Positions 28,150 to 36,717 of a stretch of 37,809 nucleotides of DNA are shown here, one piece after another (the first letter of the stretch is position 1; each line of letters opens with the position of its first letter). The notes below the pieces were generated by a model. It did not search any database. It was not told the origin of the DNA and was given only the letters and a program-made list of their open reading frames with translations. This stretch comes from a virus (taxonomy: Duplodnaviria; Caudoviricetes): positions 1 through 37,809 of IMG/VR virus record IMGVR_UViG_3300020045_005319, one strand, 5' to 3'. Both the position numbers and the translations under genes were made by a program.

Positions 28150-28836
28150 ATGGGAAATAAAAAATATTTTGAAAATCAAATGGAAATAAGAAATTTAGTC
28201 TCCGAGTTAAGAGAAACAATCGACGCTATAACCGACAATGATGAAAAAATTGACACTTTAAATTATGTTAGAGGCGAACTACATTCAGTAAGTCCTTTAA
28301 AGAATCATCCTGTTGATTTTGTTTTTTGGCAAAAATCAAACGAAGTTGAGGCAAACGAATATAATCCTAATTCAGTTGCGCCACCAGAAATGAAGTTATT
28401 GTACGAGTCGATTTTAAACGACGGATACACGATGCCTATAGTATCTTTTAAAGACGAAACTATAACAAGAATAGTAGACGGGTTTCATAGAAGAGAAACC
28501 GAGAGGAACAATAAAGACATTAGTGAATCGACATTTGGAAGAGTTCCATTGACGAGTATTAGAGTAGAGCAAACGGACAGTTCAAACAGAATGGCATCTA
28601 CTATCCGTCACAATAGAGCGCGCGGAAGCCATAGTATTGAATTAATGAGTCAGATAGTCTCTGAACTTGTTGAGATGGGCAAAGGTGACGCTTGGATATG
28701 CAAGCATATAGGAATGAGTATTGACGAGCTGTTAAGAATGAAGCAAATAACAGGTTTAGCATCTTTGTTCCAAAACAAAAGTTTTTCAGATAGCTGGGAA
28801 GTCGAGATAAGCGATAATGAAGAAGATCAAGAATAG
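28150..28836 (+). CDS. ParB/Srx N-terminal domain protein, IbrB/YbdM-like
   Basis: ANEYNPNSVAPPEMKLL..SI..DGYT.PIV, IVDGFHR, STIRHNRARGSH, C-terminal HTH-like segment. Confidence 0.9.
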   Translation: MGNKKYFENQMEIRNLVSELRETIDAITDNDEKIDTLNYVRGELHSVSPLKNHPVDFVFWQKSNEVEANEYNPNSVAPPEMKLLYESILNDGYTMPIVSFKDETITRIVDGFHRRETERNNKDISESTFGRVPLTSIRVEQTDSSNRMASTIRHNRARGSHSIELMSQIVSELVEMGKGDAWICKHIGMSIDELLRMKQITGLASLFQNKSFSDSWEVEISDNEEDQE

Positions 28837-28838
28837 TT

Positions 28839-28880
28839 TTTAATGGTAAGTATTTATTTTTACTTACCATTAATTTTTTT
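28839..28880 (+). terminator. Terminator closing the IbrAB/EctC cassette
   Basis: TTAATGGTAAGTA-loop-TACTTACCATTAA followed by T7. Confidence 0.8.
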
Positions 28881-28916
28881 AACCTAAATTTACCCCTCCT
28901 ATCAAAAAGCTATCAA

Positions 28917-31715
28917 ATGACTATCCAAGAAATAAAATCAAACTATCGAATTGAAGAGGTAATAGGTCAGCATATTTCATTGAAAAAACAAGGACCTGAA
29001 ATGGTTGGAAATTGTATTTTTCATGCAGACGATCACGCATCTTTAAAAGTTAATCCAATTAAGCAAAAATTCAAGTGTTTTGCTTGTGGTGCTGGTGGTG
29101 ATGTAGTTGATTTTTTCGAATTACAGGGATATACAAAGCCAGAAGCAATGAAGTTAATACAAAACAATTCTATTGTTTCTATCGCTTCGCATGAGTCAAA
29201 AGTTCAAGAATCTGTTTGGGTAAATGCTACTCCTGACCAGAATAATTTACCTGACCCGTTAAAACTCACTTTTAAAGATTACGGAACTCCTTCCAATACT
29301 TGGGCGTACCATGATGCAAACGCAAACGTTGTTTCTTTCGTTTGTCGCTTCGATTTGCCAGACGGTAAAAAAGATGTAATTCCATATTCTTACAAGTCAA
29401 ATGGTAAAACAGCACGTTGGCAATGGAGAGGACTTGACACGCCTCGTTTGTTATATAACCTGCACGAATTAAAATCACGTCCAAACGCAATCGTTCTGTT
29501 AGTTGAAGGTGAAAAAACAGCCAACGCAGCAAAACTATTATTTCCGAAATACGTAGTTACCACTTGGATAGGTGGGGCTGATGGAGTTAAAAATGCAGAT
29601 TGGACACCGTTACACGGACGTAAAATATTTCTTTGGGCCGATAATGATGTTCCTGGACTTCACGCTATGTTTGGCGGTTGGTCGTACAACGAAAAAACAG
29701 AAAAATACAGGCGTATTAAAGGAATTTCTGAGTTATTCGAGGCCAGTTTTAAGCAAATAAAAAACAGTCCTGAATTTCCTAAAAAATGGGATGTTGCAGA
29801 TGCTGTTTGGACACCAGATGAAGCACTTGAGTATTTGCAGGCAAACAAATCTGATGTTCCAACAGTTTCGGAACACGCGCCAAATGAGATTCCAGAGCCT
29901 GCAATAATTGAGGTGGTGAAGCCTGTTTTTGAATCGCCAATAGAAGTTATACCACCAGTTTTTAAACCAGTTACTCCAGAAGTTGAAGAAGTCGAAAACG
30001 TGCCTCAAAATCCATACTTTAAATGCCTTGGTCACGAAAACAACGGAGGCACTATTTATGTATTTTTCAACTATCGTACCAATTCAGTACTTCGCTATAC
30101 TTCGTCAAGTTTTTCTGGTTCCACAATTTTGCAATTAGCCCCTTTGAACTATTGGGAAGGGAACTACGGTAAAGATGGGCGTTCGGGTGTGAAATACGAT
30201 ATTGCAAGAATTACAGATAATTTGATTTCGATTTGTTCAAAACTAGGAATTTTTGACAATAATATGATTCGTGGCCGTGGCGCATGGATTGACAAAAAAG
30301 TTCCCGTAATTCACTGTGGAAGTCATTTAATTGTTAATGGTGTTGCGAAAAAATTTTCAGATTATAAATCGAGTTTTATTTATGAAGCTGGAAAAGAACT
30401 TGGTTTTAACCTGACTACGCCATTAAAAAAACACGAAGCTTACAAATTAGTTCAACTGTTAAGTCGCTTAAACTGGTCACGTCCTTTAGAAGCTAAGTTA
30501 TTAGCTGGGTGGATAGTTATCGCTCCGCTTTGTGGCGCTTTAAATTGGAGACCTCATTTATGGTTAACCGGTGCATCCGGTTCAGGAAAGTCAGAAATTA
30601 TAAAAATGTTTGTCAAAAACTTTATGCGTGAAATGTTTGTCGATGCTCAGTCGGAAACTACCGAAGCAGGAATAAGGCAATTTTTAAAAGCCGATGCTTT
30701 GCCTGTTGTTTTTGACGAAGCCGAAAGCGAAGATAAGAAATCAGCCGAAAGAATGCAGGCGGTTTTAAATATCATGAGAGCTAGTTCTACAAGTGACGGA
30801 GGTAAAATTATAAAAGGAAGTTCCGGAGGTGTAGCAGCAGAATTTAATATACGTTCGTGTTTTGCGTTTTCCAGTATTGCATCGGCTATTCACCAACGAT
30901 CTGACCAATCAAGAATAACTGTTTTAGAAATACTTCCTGATTTGTCATATGATAAAAAAGAACGTTGGACTGAAACGCTAAAAATGTATTACGAAACGGT
31001 AACTGACGAATATATTGAAGGATTTCAAAGCAGATCAGTTTGGCTATTGCCTACAATATTGAGAAATGCAAAAGTTTTTTCAAATGCCGCTTCAATCGTA
31101 TTGAATAATCAACGCACAGGCGACCAACTGGGAATAATTTTGGCCGCATACTACAGTTTGACTTCTGAAAGTGAAATTTCATTGGAAAGCGCAACAAAGT
31201 GGATGATTGAACAGGACTTATCAGAAGAAAAACTAGCCAACGAATCACGTGATGAAATTAAATTAATTAATCACTTGATGGGATGCGATACCGAAGTTGA
31301 AACGCCTTACGGAAAGGTAAAACGTACCATTGGAGAGCTTGTAATAATCGGGAGAGGTGATTTTATATCTGATGAAGAATCAAGCCGTATAAGTGCTGAT
31401 TTAGCTAATTCTACATTGAAACGCTTAGGAATGAAAACCAGCGGGGTTTATTTAATTATTTCTGACAATTCAGAAAAAATACGTAAGTTCTTGGAAAATA
31501 CATCATATTCAAGAAATTATCATACTATTTTGAGACGTGTTGAAAGTTCTGAAAAATTGAATAATACCACTTTTGGAAGTTACATTAAATCGAATGCAGT
31601 TAAGATTGATACCCGTTTGATATTTGGGGAAACTATTAAAGAGGAAGTTATTCAGGAAAAACTAGTCGAAAAACCAGAATACAAACAATCTGAAATAAAA
31701 TTTAAAAATTATTAG
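28917..31715 (+). CDS. DNA primase-helicase (CHC2 zinc finger + TOPRIM + P-loop ATPase)
   Basis: CIFH...CFACG, VEGEK, WADND, GASGSGKS, VVFDEAE. Confidence 0.92.
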   Translation: MTIQEIKSNYRIEEVIGQHISLKKQGPEMVGNCIFHADDHASLKVNPIKQKFKCFACGAGGDVVDFFELQGYTKPEAMKLIQNNSIVSIASHESKVQESVWVNATPDQNNLPDPLKLTFKDYGTPSNTWAYHDANANVVSFVCRFDLPDGKKDVIPYSYKSNGKTARWQWRGLDTPRLLYNLHELKSRPNAIVLLVEGEKTANAAKLLFPKYVVTTWIGGADGVKNADWTPLHGRKIFLWADNDVPGLHAMFGGWSYNEKTEKYRRIKGISELFEASFKQIKNSPEFPKKWDVADAVWTPDEALEYLQANKSDVPTVSEHAPNEIPEPAIIEVVKPVFESPIEVIPPVFKPVTPEVEEVENVPQNPYFKCLGHENNGGTIYVFFNYRTNSVLRYTSSSFSGSTILQLAPLNYWEGNYGKDGRSGVKYDIARITDNLISICSKLGIFDNNMIRGRGAWIDKKVPVIHCGSHLIVNGVAKKFSDYKSSFIYEAGKELGFNLTTPLKKHEAYKLVQLLSRLNWSRPLEAKLLAGWIVIAPLCGALNWRPHLWLTGASGSGKSEIIKMFVKNFMREMFVDAQSETTEAGIRQFLKADALPVVFDEAESEDKKSAERMQAVLNIMRASSTSDGGKIIKGSSGGVAAEFNIRSCFAFSSIASAIHQRSDQSRITVLEILPDLSYDKKERWTETLKMYYETVTDEYIEGFQSRSVWLLPTILRNAKVFSNAASIVLNNQRTGDQLGIILAAYYSLTSESEISLESATKWMIEQDLSEEKLANESRDEIKLINHLMGCDTEVETPYGKVKRTIGELVIIGRGDFISDEESSRISADLANSTLKRLGMKTSGVYLIISDNSEKIRKFLENTSYSRNYHTILRRVESSEKLNNTTFGSYIKSNAVKIDTRLIFGETIKEEVIQEKLVEKPEYKQSEIKFKNY

Positions 31716-31757
31716 TTTATTTAAAAATAATGTTTAAATTTGCTTATTATTAATTTA
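31714..31757 (+). promoter_or_regulatory. Promoter with TAATGTTTA box (copy F)
   Basis: TAATGTTTA 31728-31736 overlapping TAAATTTG 31735-31742, followed by CTTATTATTAATT as in copies E and G. Confidence 0.75.
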
Positions 31758-31768
31758 AAAAATACGTT

Positions 31769-31975
31769 ATGATAGCCGTTTTAGCCAAACATGAAAGAGA
31801 TTTTCAGGAATTGAATCTTCGTCCTAAAAACAATTTTAAAAGAATACATCATATTAATGATATTCGTGGAACTGATTTTGCAGGAGTTATTTTTACCTAC
31901 AAGTGGTATGAAGTAAGGCTACTTGTGGAGGCTTACGAATATCTAATTATAAGAAATCCTGAATTAAAATTATAA
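31769..31975 (+). CDS. Hypothetical protein
   Basis: 68-aa ORF directly after promoter F. Confidence 0.7.
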   Translation: MIAVLAKHERDFQELNLRPKNNFKRIHHINDIRGTDFAGVIFTYKWYEVRLLVEAYEYLIIRNPELKL

Positions 31976-31977
31976 CC

Positions 31978-32175
31978 ATGGCAGAGAAAAATTACATAGG
32001 CGTTCGATGGGTTTCTGAAATTCAGAAATGGAAGTCCCAAATAAGACATAAAGGAATTACGTATAATTGCGGCAACCATACCGAACAGAAAAAAGCAATA
32101 ATTGCACGTGATACTAAAATTATCCAACATGGATTAAGAATTAAACTTCAATATTTAAAACCAGTAGAGAAATGA
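31978..32175 (+). CDS. Stand-alone AP2-domain DNA-binding protein
   Basis: YIGVRW....KWKSQI...G....G......A..ARD......G pattern. Confidence 0.8.
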   Translation: MAEKNYIGVRWVSEIQKWKSQIRHKGITYNCGNHTEQKKAIIARDTKIIQHGLRIKLQYLKPVEK

Positions 32176-34046
32176 ACAAACTATCAAAACCAAAATCTTT
32201 TTCAGTTTCCAACGAAGCTATAGAAGTAGATTTTAAAGGCACAATTTGCGAATGTGCCAATTTATTGAAGTCTGGAATAATGAACCAGACTACTATTTTA
32301 GTCGCGTACGAAGAAAAGTGGCACGAAATTAATTCGCTCGATTTAGGAGCTGACAATTCAGATTTACAAGCGTTCAAGTCATTCGTGGAAGTGATGAAAT
32401 TATCATTGGCAGATTTAGGTATAATAACCGAATCCACTAAAAAAACATCGGTAATTTTAACTCACGATGATTTTGTGTCATTATCCAAAAAATTTCCGCC
32501 GCACGATTATATTCAGATTTCAAAACTAAATGATTATAATGTGAAATCTGGAGGTAAATCGAGTATTGACGAATTAAATGATTGGTTAAAAGTTTGCCTA
32601 AGAGACAAAATATCAATCGATGAATTAATAAGCAACAGAGAATTAGAAAAATCAAAAATAATTATGAAATCAGAAAAAATTGAAGAACTTGAAATTGGAG
32701 TGGACGGACAAACAGCGATTCCAGTTGAAAAATTTACGCCGCCAATAACCGAAACCGCTGACTATATCGATACCAGAATGAGTCAATTAACTAGTTTAGG
32801 GCTAAAATTTGACGTTCCAAGCGGCTCGTTTAACGGACTTGGGTATTTCGTAACTCAAAACAGCATTTCGGATGATTCAGAAGAAGATTGGGATACATTA
32901 ATAAATAAAATTACTCAGGAGAAGATCAAAAATAAAGTTACTCCTGCGGTGGTTGCCGAAATAATTCCTGCTTCTGAGAACATGCCAATTTCAAGTATTC
33001 CTGTGAAAAAACCAGTTTCGGTACAGGTATTTGAAAACTTCACTCCAGAACGTATTTCTGAATTAGTAGGGTTAAAAGAGAAGCAACTTGAAATTGTAAA
33101 AGCAAACCCCGTTGTTAAAATCACCGACAAAACAAGCTACGAAAAGGCTAAAAAAACAGCCGCTACATTATTGAAGGCATCGACTGCTATTGACGGAAAA
33201 GACGGTGTTGACGCTTTGGGTGTTCGATGTATAAATGCATTTAAAAAAATGTTTTCTTCTGAAACTGGAATCATAGCTAAACTAACACGTGATCCGTACG
33301 ATGAACAAAAAACAATTATTTCATCTTGGGAAAATGCAGAATTGTTACGTGAGCAGGCGGAACAGCGTGCTAAATTGGCCAAGATTAAAGCCAGAACTGA
33401 TGAATTGTTTGCGGTTCCGTTTACTTTTAACGGTTCGATTTACAGCATTGGAACAGTTTATTGTCTGCCGTCGCAAATAGAATCTGCTAGCGATGAAGAT
33501 TTTAAAGTAATTGTTGATAATGGGAAAGCGATTAAAACCGCTTTGGATGCTCAGGCGTTAATTGAAAGCGAAAAAGACAAAGAAATTGAAAAATTAAAAG
33601 CTCAATTGGCTGCTTTTGGTGCGTTAAGTGAATTAGGTAATACGGAGCCTGTAAGTAATTCAATGGGAATTCCTATTAGAAATATAGCGGCTGGAATCAC
33701 AGTTAATGAAGATTTAACCAAAAAAGAATGTTTTATTTCTGAACCTGCAACCGATAACGGTTCGGTCATCGTAAATAAACCTGTCGGAAACGGGCCAACG
33801 ACGACAGGTATACAAATGACAGACTACGCAATGCCTCCGCAAGAAAACGTTCTATTAAATCGCTTAGATTTAGAACACCTGGAACATATCAAAAAACCTG
33901 CATACATCAAATGTCGTGGGTATTACGTTCGCGGATTGAAAGAAGTCGCCATGTTAATTGAAGGCATATTGAATAATCCAGACGTAACAATAAAAAAATC
34001 AGTTAAAATAACTGAATTGGTTGAAATTCTTAAAAAATCGGTGTAA
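32172..34046 (+). CDS. Large hypothetical protein with coiled-coil segments
   Basis: 624-aa ORF coupled by ATGA overlap; no recognised catalytic motif. Confidence 0.8.
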   Translation: MNKLSKPKSFSVSNEAIEVDFKGTICECANLLKSGIMNQTTILVAYEEKWHEINSLDLGADNSDLQAFKSFVEVMKLSLADLGIITESTKKTSVILTHDDFVSLSKKFPPHDYIQISKLNDYNVKSGGKSSIDELNDWLKVCLRDKISIDELISNRELEKSKIIMKSEKIEELEIGVDGQTAIPVEKFTPPITETADYIDTRMSQLTSLGLKFDVPSGSFNGLGYFVTQNSISDDSEEDWDTLINKITQEKIKNKVTPAVVAEIIPASENMPISSIPVKKPVSVQVFENFTPERISELVGLKEKQLEIVKANPVVKITDKTSYEKAKKTAATLLKASTAIDGKDGVDALGVRCINAFKKMFSSETGIIAKLTRDPYDEQKTIISSWENAELLREQAEQRAKLAKIKARTDELFAVPFTFNGSIYSIGTVYCLPSQIESASDEDFKVIVDNGKAIKTALDAQALIESEKDKEIEKLKAQLAAFGALSELGNTEPVSNSMGIPIRNIAAGITVNEDLTKKECFISEPATDNGSVIVNKPVGNGPTTTGIQMTDYAMPPQENVLLNRLDLEHLEHIKKPAYIKCRGYYVRGLKEVAMLIEGILNNPDVTIKKSVKITELVEILKKSV

Positions 34047-34060
34047 TGAGATTTTTCAGT

Positions 34061-34094
34061 AAATTAAAACCCCAATTAATTTTGGGGTTAATTA
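34061..34094. terminator. Hairpin, possible terminator
   Basis: AATTAAAACCCCAA-TTAATT-TTGGGGTTAATT. Confidence 0.55.
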
Positions 34095-34133
34095 TCGGTT
34101 TATATTTTTTATTAAGTTTTTTAAGATTATAGT

Positions 34134-34175
34134 TGTTTATCTAAAAATAAACATTATATTTGCTTATTATTAATT
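34134..34175 (+). promoter_or_regulatory. Promoter with dyad TGTTTAT-N6-ATAAACA (copy G)
   Basis: TGTTTATCTAAAAATAAACATTATATTTGCTTATTATTAATT. Confidence 0.8.
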
Positions 34176-34191
34176 ACTAAAAAAATAAACC

Positions 34192-34311
34192 ATGATCACA
34201 ACAATTATCACCTTGTCAATTATCGCAATTCTTTGGATATTAAGCGATACAATTACCGAAATTTTAAGCAACGGAAAGCCTTTTGCTTCTAACGAAACTA
34301 AATGGAATTAA
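34192..34311 (+). CDS. 39-aa single-TM peptide (MITTIITLSIIAILWILSDTITEILSNGKPFASNETKWN)
   Basis: First ORF after promoter G; ends 1 nt before the next ATG; missing from the ORF track. Confidence 0.6.
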   Translation: MITTIITLSIIAILWILSDTITEILSNGKPFASNETKWN

Positions 34312-34312
34312 G

Positions 34313-34570
34313 ATGGATTTATTTACGTCAGTTTTATCATATATAGCTGTGTCGATGTCAATAGCGTTTTGGCTATCTGTTGTTTTTTATGGCAGGTTAA
34401 ATAACCAAAATAAATTATTGAAAAAAGAGTTGAAAGAATTGATTGAAATTAAAGAATCATTGATTAAAGATATTAAATTTCAAGCCAATGTCAACAAAAC
34501 GCTTCGAGAAGGTCTCGATGCAATAACTAAAAAGAATTGCCATGTTAAAAATATTCAAGAAGAAAACTAG
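34313..34570 (+). CDS. Membrane-anchored coiled-coil protein
   Basis: Start reassigned to ATG 34313 (MDLFTSV...); N-terminal TM followed by heptad pattern. Confidence 0.7.
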   Translation: MDLFTSVLSYIAVSMSIAFWLSVVFYGRLNNQNKLLKKELKELIEIKESLIKDIKFQANVNKTLREGLDAITKKNCHVKNIQEEN

Positions 34571-34757
34571 GGCACAGATAATTTGCGAAAAAGCAGAAAG
34601 CATTTTGCACGACATTTTAATTTCCGGACTAAGTGATGATGAAATTGCAACAGTTTTGATATTGCTTAAAAACGATGGTAAAAAAGTGTTGCAAAACAGA
34701 CAAAATGAGCTTACCAAGGAACTACAGGAAACTATCACGGCTATAAATCGATTATAA
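34542..34757 (+). CDS. Hypothetical protein
   Basis: 71-aa helical ORF within the operon. Confidence 0.65.
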   Translation: MLKIFKKKTRAQIICEKAESILHDILISGLSDDEIATVLILLKNDGKKVLQNRQNELTKELQETITAINRL

Positions 34758-34758
34758 T

Positions 34759-35076
34759 ATGAAAAACATTCAACCATACATCATTGCAGGCATGACTATG
34801 TTAATAGTTGTGCTTGCTTTTTACGTTTACTCGATGAATTCGAGCGTGGAACAGTATAAGCAAGAAATTGAACTTTTGAGGCTTAAAGAGGAAAAGAAAG
34901 TAAAAATTATCGACACAGGGATAATCATCGAAGCTATATCTATAAAATCTAGGAATACAGTTAAAAAATCAGATTCAATAATTAAAAAAATAACACATGA
35001 AACACCTAAAATTAGTGACACTACTGACAATTATATGGTTCAGTACATTAGAGATTTCCGCCCAAAACAAGACTGA
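34759..35076 (+). CDS. Putative i-spanin-like protein (N-terminal TM + coiled coil)
   Basis: YIIAGMTMLIVVLAFYVY TM; 3' end overlaps the next gene by 80 nt. Confidence 0.5.
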   Translation: MKNIQPYIIAGMTMLIVVLAFYVYSMNSSVEQYKQEIELLRLKEEKKVKIIDTGIIIEAISIKSRNTVKKSDSIIKKITHETPKISDTTDNYMVQYIRDFRPKQD

Positions 35077-35395
35077 TTCAATAAGTATTCAGCGTGAACA
35101 GATAAAAAACGTTTACACCGGATTAAAACAGTCAGAGGCTTACCGAGAATATTATTACGAGTGCCTGCAATCATCTAATGAGCTGAATCAAATAATAAAT
35201 AAACAGGACCAGGAGTTGCAAAAATCACTAAATGAGCTGAAACTACTGAATACGTATAACGAAGCTTTGAATAAACAAATAATAGATTCTAGCGTTACTA
35301 TCGAAAAGCTTAAGAATAATAAAATACCTTGGTATAAGCATCCGATTACTTACGGATTGTTAGGATTTGCAGGAGGAATATATTTAATGAAATAA
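34997..35395 (+). CDS. Exported coiled-coil protein with C-terminal hydrophobic tail (spanin-partner-like)
   Basis: Signal MKHLKLVTLLTIIWFSTLEISA|Q, coiled coil, PWYKHPITYGLLGFAGGIYLMK tail. Confidence 0.55.
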   Translation: MKHLKLVTLLTIIWFSTLEISAQNKTDSISIQREQIKNVYTGLKQSEAYREYYYECLQSSNELNQIINKQDQELQKSLNELKLLNTYNEALNKQIIDSSVTIEKLKNNKIPWYKHPITYGLLGFAGGIYLMK

Positions 35396-35397
35396 TA

Positions 35398-35428
35398 AAA
35401 AAAACCAGCTTATTAAGACTGGTTTTTC
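35398..35428. terminator. Bidirectional terminator
   Basis: AAAAACCAGCTT-ATT-AAGACTGGTTTTT between convergent genes. Confidence 0.8.
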
Positions 35429-35441
35429 GTTTTTATAATAA

Positions 35442-36503
35442 TTAAAATTCATCTTTATCTTCATCATCATCCCAATTATATTTAGCTGGTTCTTGATCTT
35501 CATCATCATCGCTATCATCAAATCTAGCGTCTTTTGGATACATATCAATATCGCCTTTAATGTCGTTTTCCCAATTGTATTTCGATGCAAAACCGCTTCT
35601 TTGCCAATTTTCAGCATTCTTGTATTCTTCTAAACTAACTTCTTTACCGTATAATTTAGGAATGAATTTAGGGATTTCAATAGGTTTTTCATCATCAATA
35701 ATTAAAGGCTTGTATTTATCAATTAATTCCGGCACGTTTCTATTTACATTTACTATATTGTGATTTCCATCGAAATAAAGCAATCTATAAAAAAACTCAT
35801 TTCTTTCTTTTTCACCTGATTTTAATCCTATTTTATCAAAAATATCACGAGCTGAATTAAACAACAAAGTTAATTCGTCTAATTCTTTAAAATGAACAGT
35901 TATAAGTCCTTTTGTAATTTCAACTTTTAATTTTTCTCCAATAAGACTTCCGTAAACAGAAGCGTGGTTTCTTATGGTTTGAACATTAAATAAATCAGAA
36001 GAAAATGATATGTTATACTTTCCTTCTAAAAAAGCCTCTTCAATTTGCTTTCTCACTGACAAAGCCTTCATTGCTCCGTTAAATCCATGACCTGTAAACT
36101 TAACATCATGTTTGGAGGCAATTTTTTTAGCGTACTTTGTTAGTGATTTTTCAAAATTATTTATAATAGAAACTATACAACTTTCTTTAGAAAGTATAGC
36201 TAAACGCTCTATTTCATAATTATCATCGTGTAAAACAGGTATAGATATACCATGTGAAGCATGTATTATGCGGTATGAGTTCTCTATATTTGTACTCACC
36301 CATTCATTATCTATAGAAACATCAATAACATCGTTTACCTCTCTTAAGGTATTTAAACCTGTAAATTCGTTGGTAACTTCTATCATTGTTGTTATTAAAG
36401 AATGTATGGTTTCATTTTCGTATATTACATTCTTATGTCCATAAGTCAAAGAAAAGAATACATCTTTATAATTTTCTCTTGTAATTAAAATTTTTTCATT
36501 CAT
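35442..36503 (-). CDS. Hypothetical protein with acidic C-terminus
   Basis: 353-aa ORF on the opposite strand, with its own minus-strand TATATTTG at 36551-36558. Confidence 0.8.
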   Translation of the reverse strand: MNEKILITRENYKDVFFSLTYGHKNVIYENETIHSLITTMIEVTNEFTGLNTLREVNDVIDVSIDNEWVSTNIENSYRIIHASHGISIPVLHDDNYEIERLAILSKESCIVSIINNFEKSLTKYAKKIASKHDVKFTGHGFNGAMKALSVRKQIEEAFLEGKYNISFSSDLFNVQTIRNHASVYGSLIGEKLKVEITKGLITVHFKELDELTLLFNSARDIFDKIGLKSGEKERNEFFYRLLYFDGNHNIVNVNRNVPELIDKYKPLIIDDEKPIEIPKFIPKLYGKEVSLEEYKNAENWQRSGFASKYNWENDIKGDIDMYPKDARFDDSDDDEDQEPAKYNWDDDEDKDEF

Positions 36504-36717
36504 AATTTTTTGATTTTTAAGTTATACGTTATTTTACAATATTTAAAACACAAATATAGTAATTTAAAAAACATAATAAAAATATAAAATACTTATTTAA
36601 AATATTAACAACAATTAATTTAAAATATTATAGTTAATTACCAATTTATTACTGGAAATACAAAAAATTTATTATAAAAAATAATGTATTTTAATTGCAA
36701 ATTGAAATAATAGTTAT

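Noticed and set aside
28150-28836. ParB as a plasmid-prophage partition system
   Set aside because: No ParA or evident parS; motifs and neighbourhood match the IbrB/YbdM type
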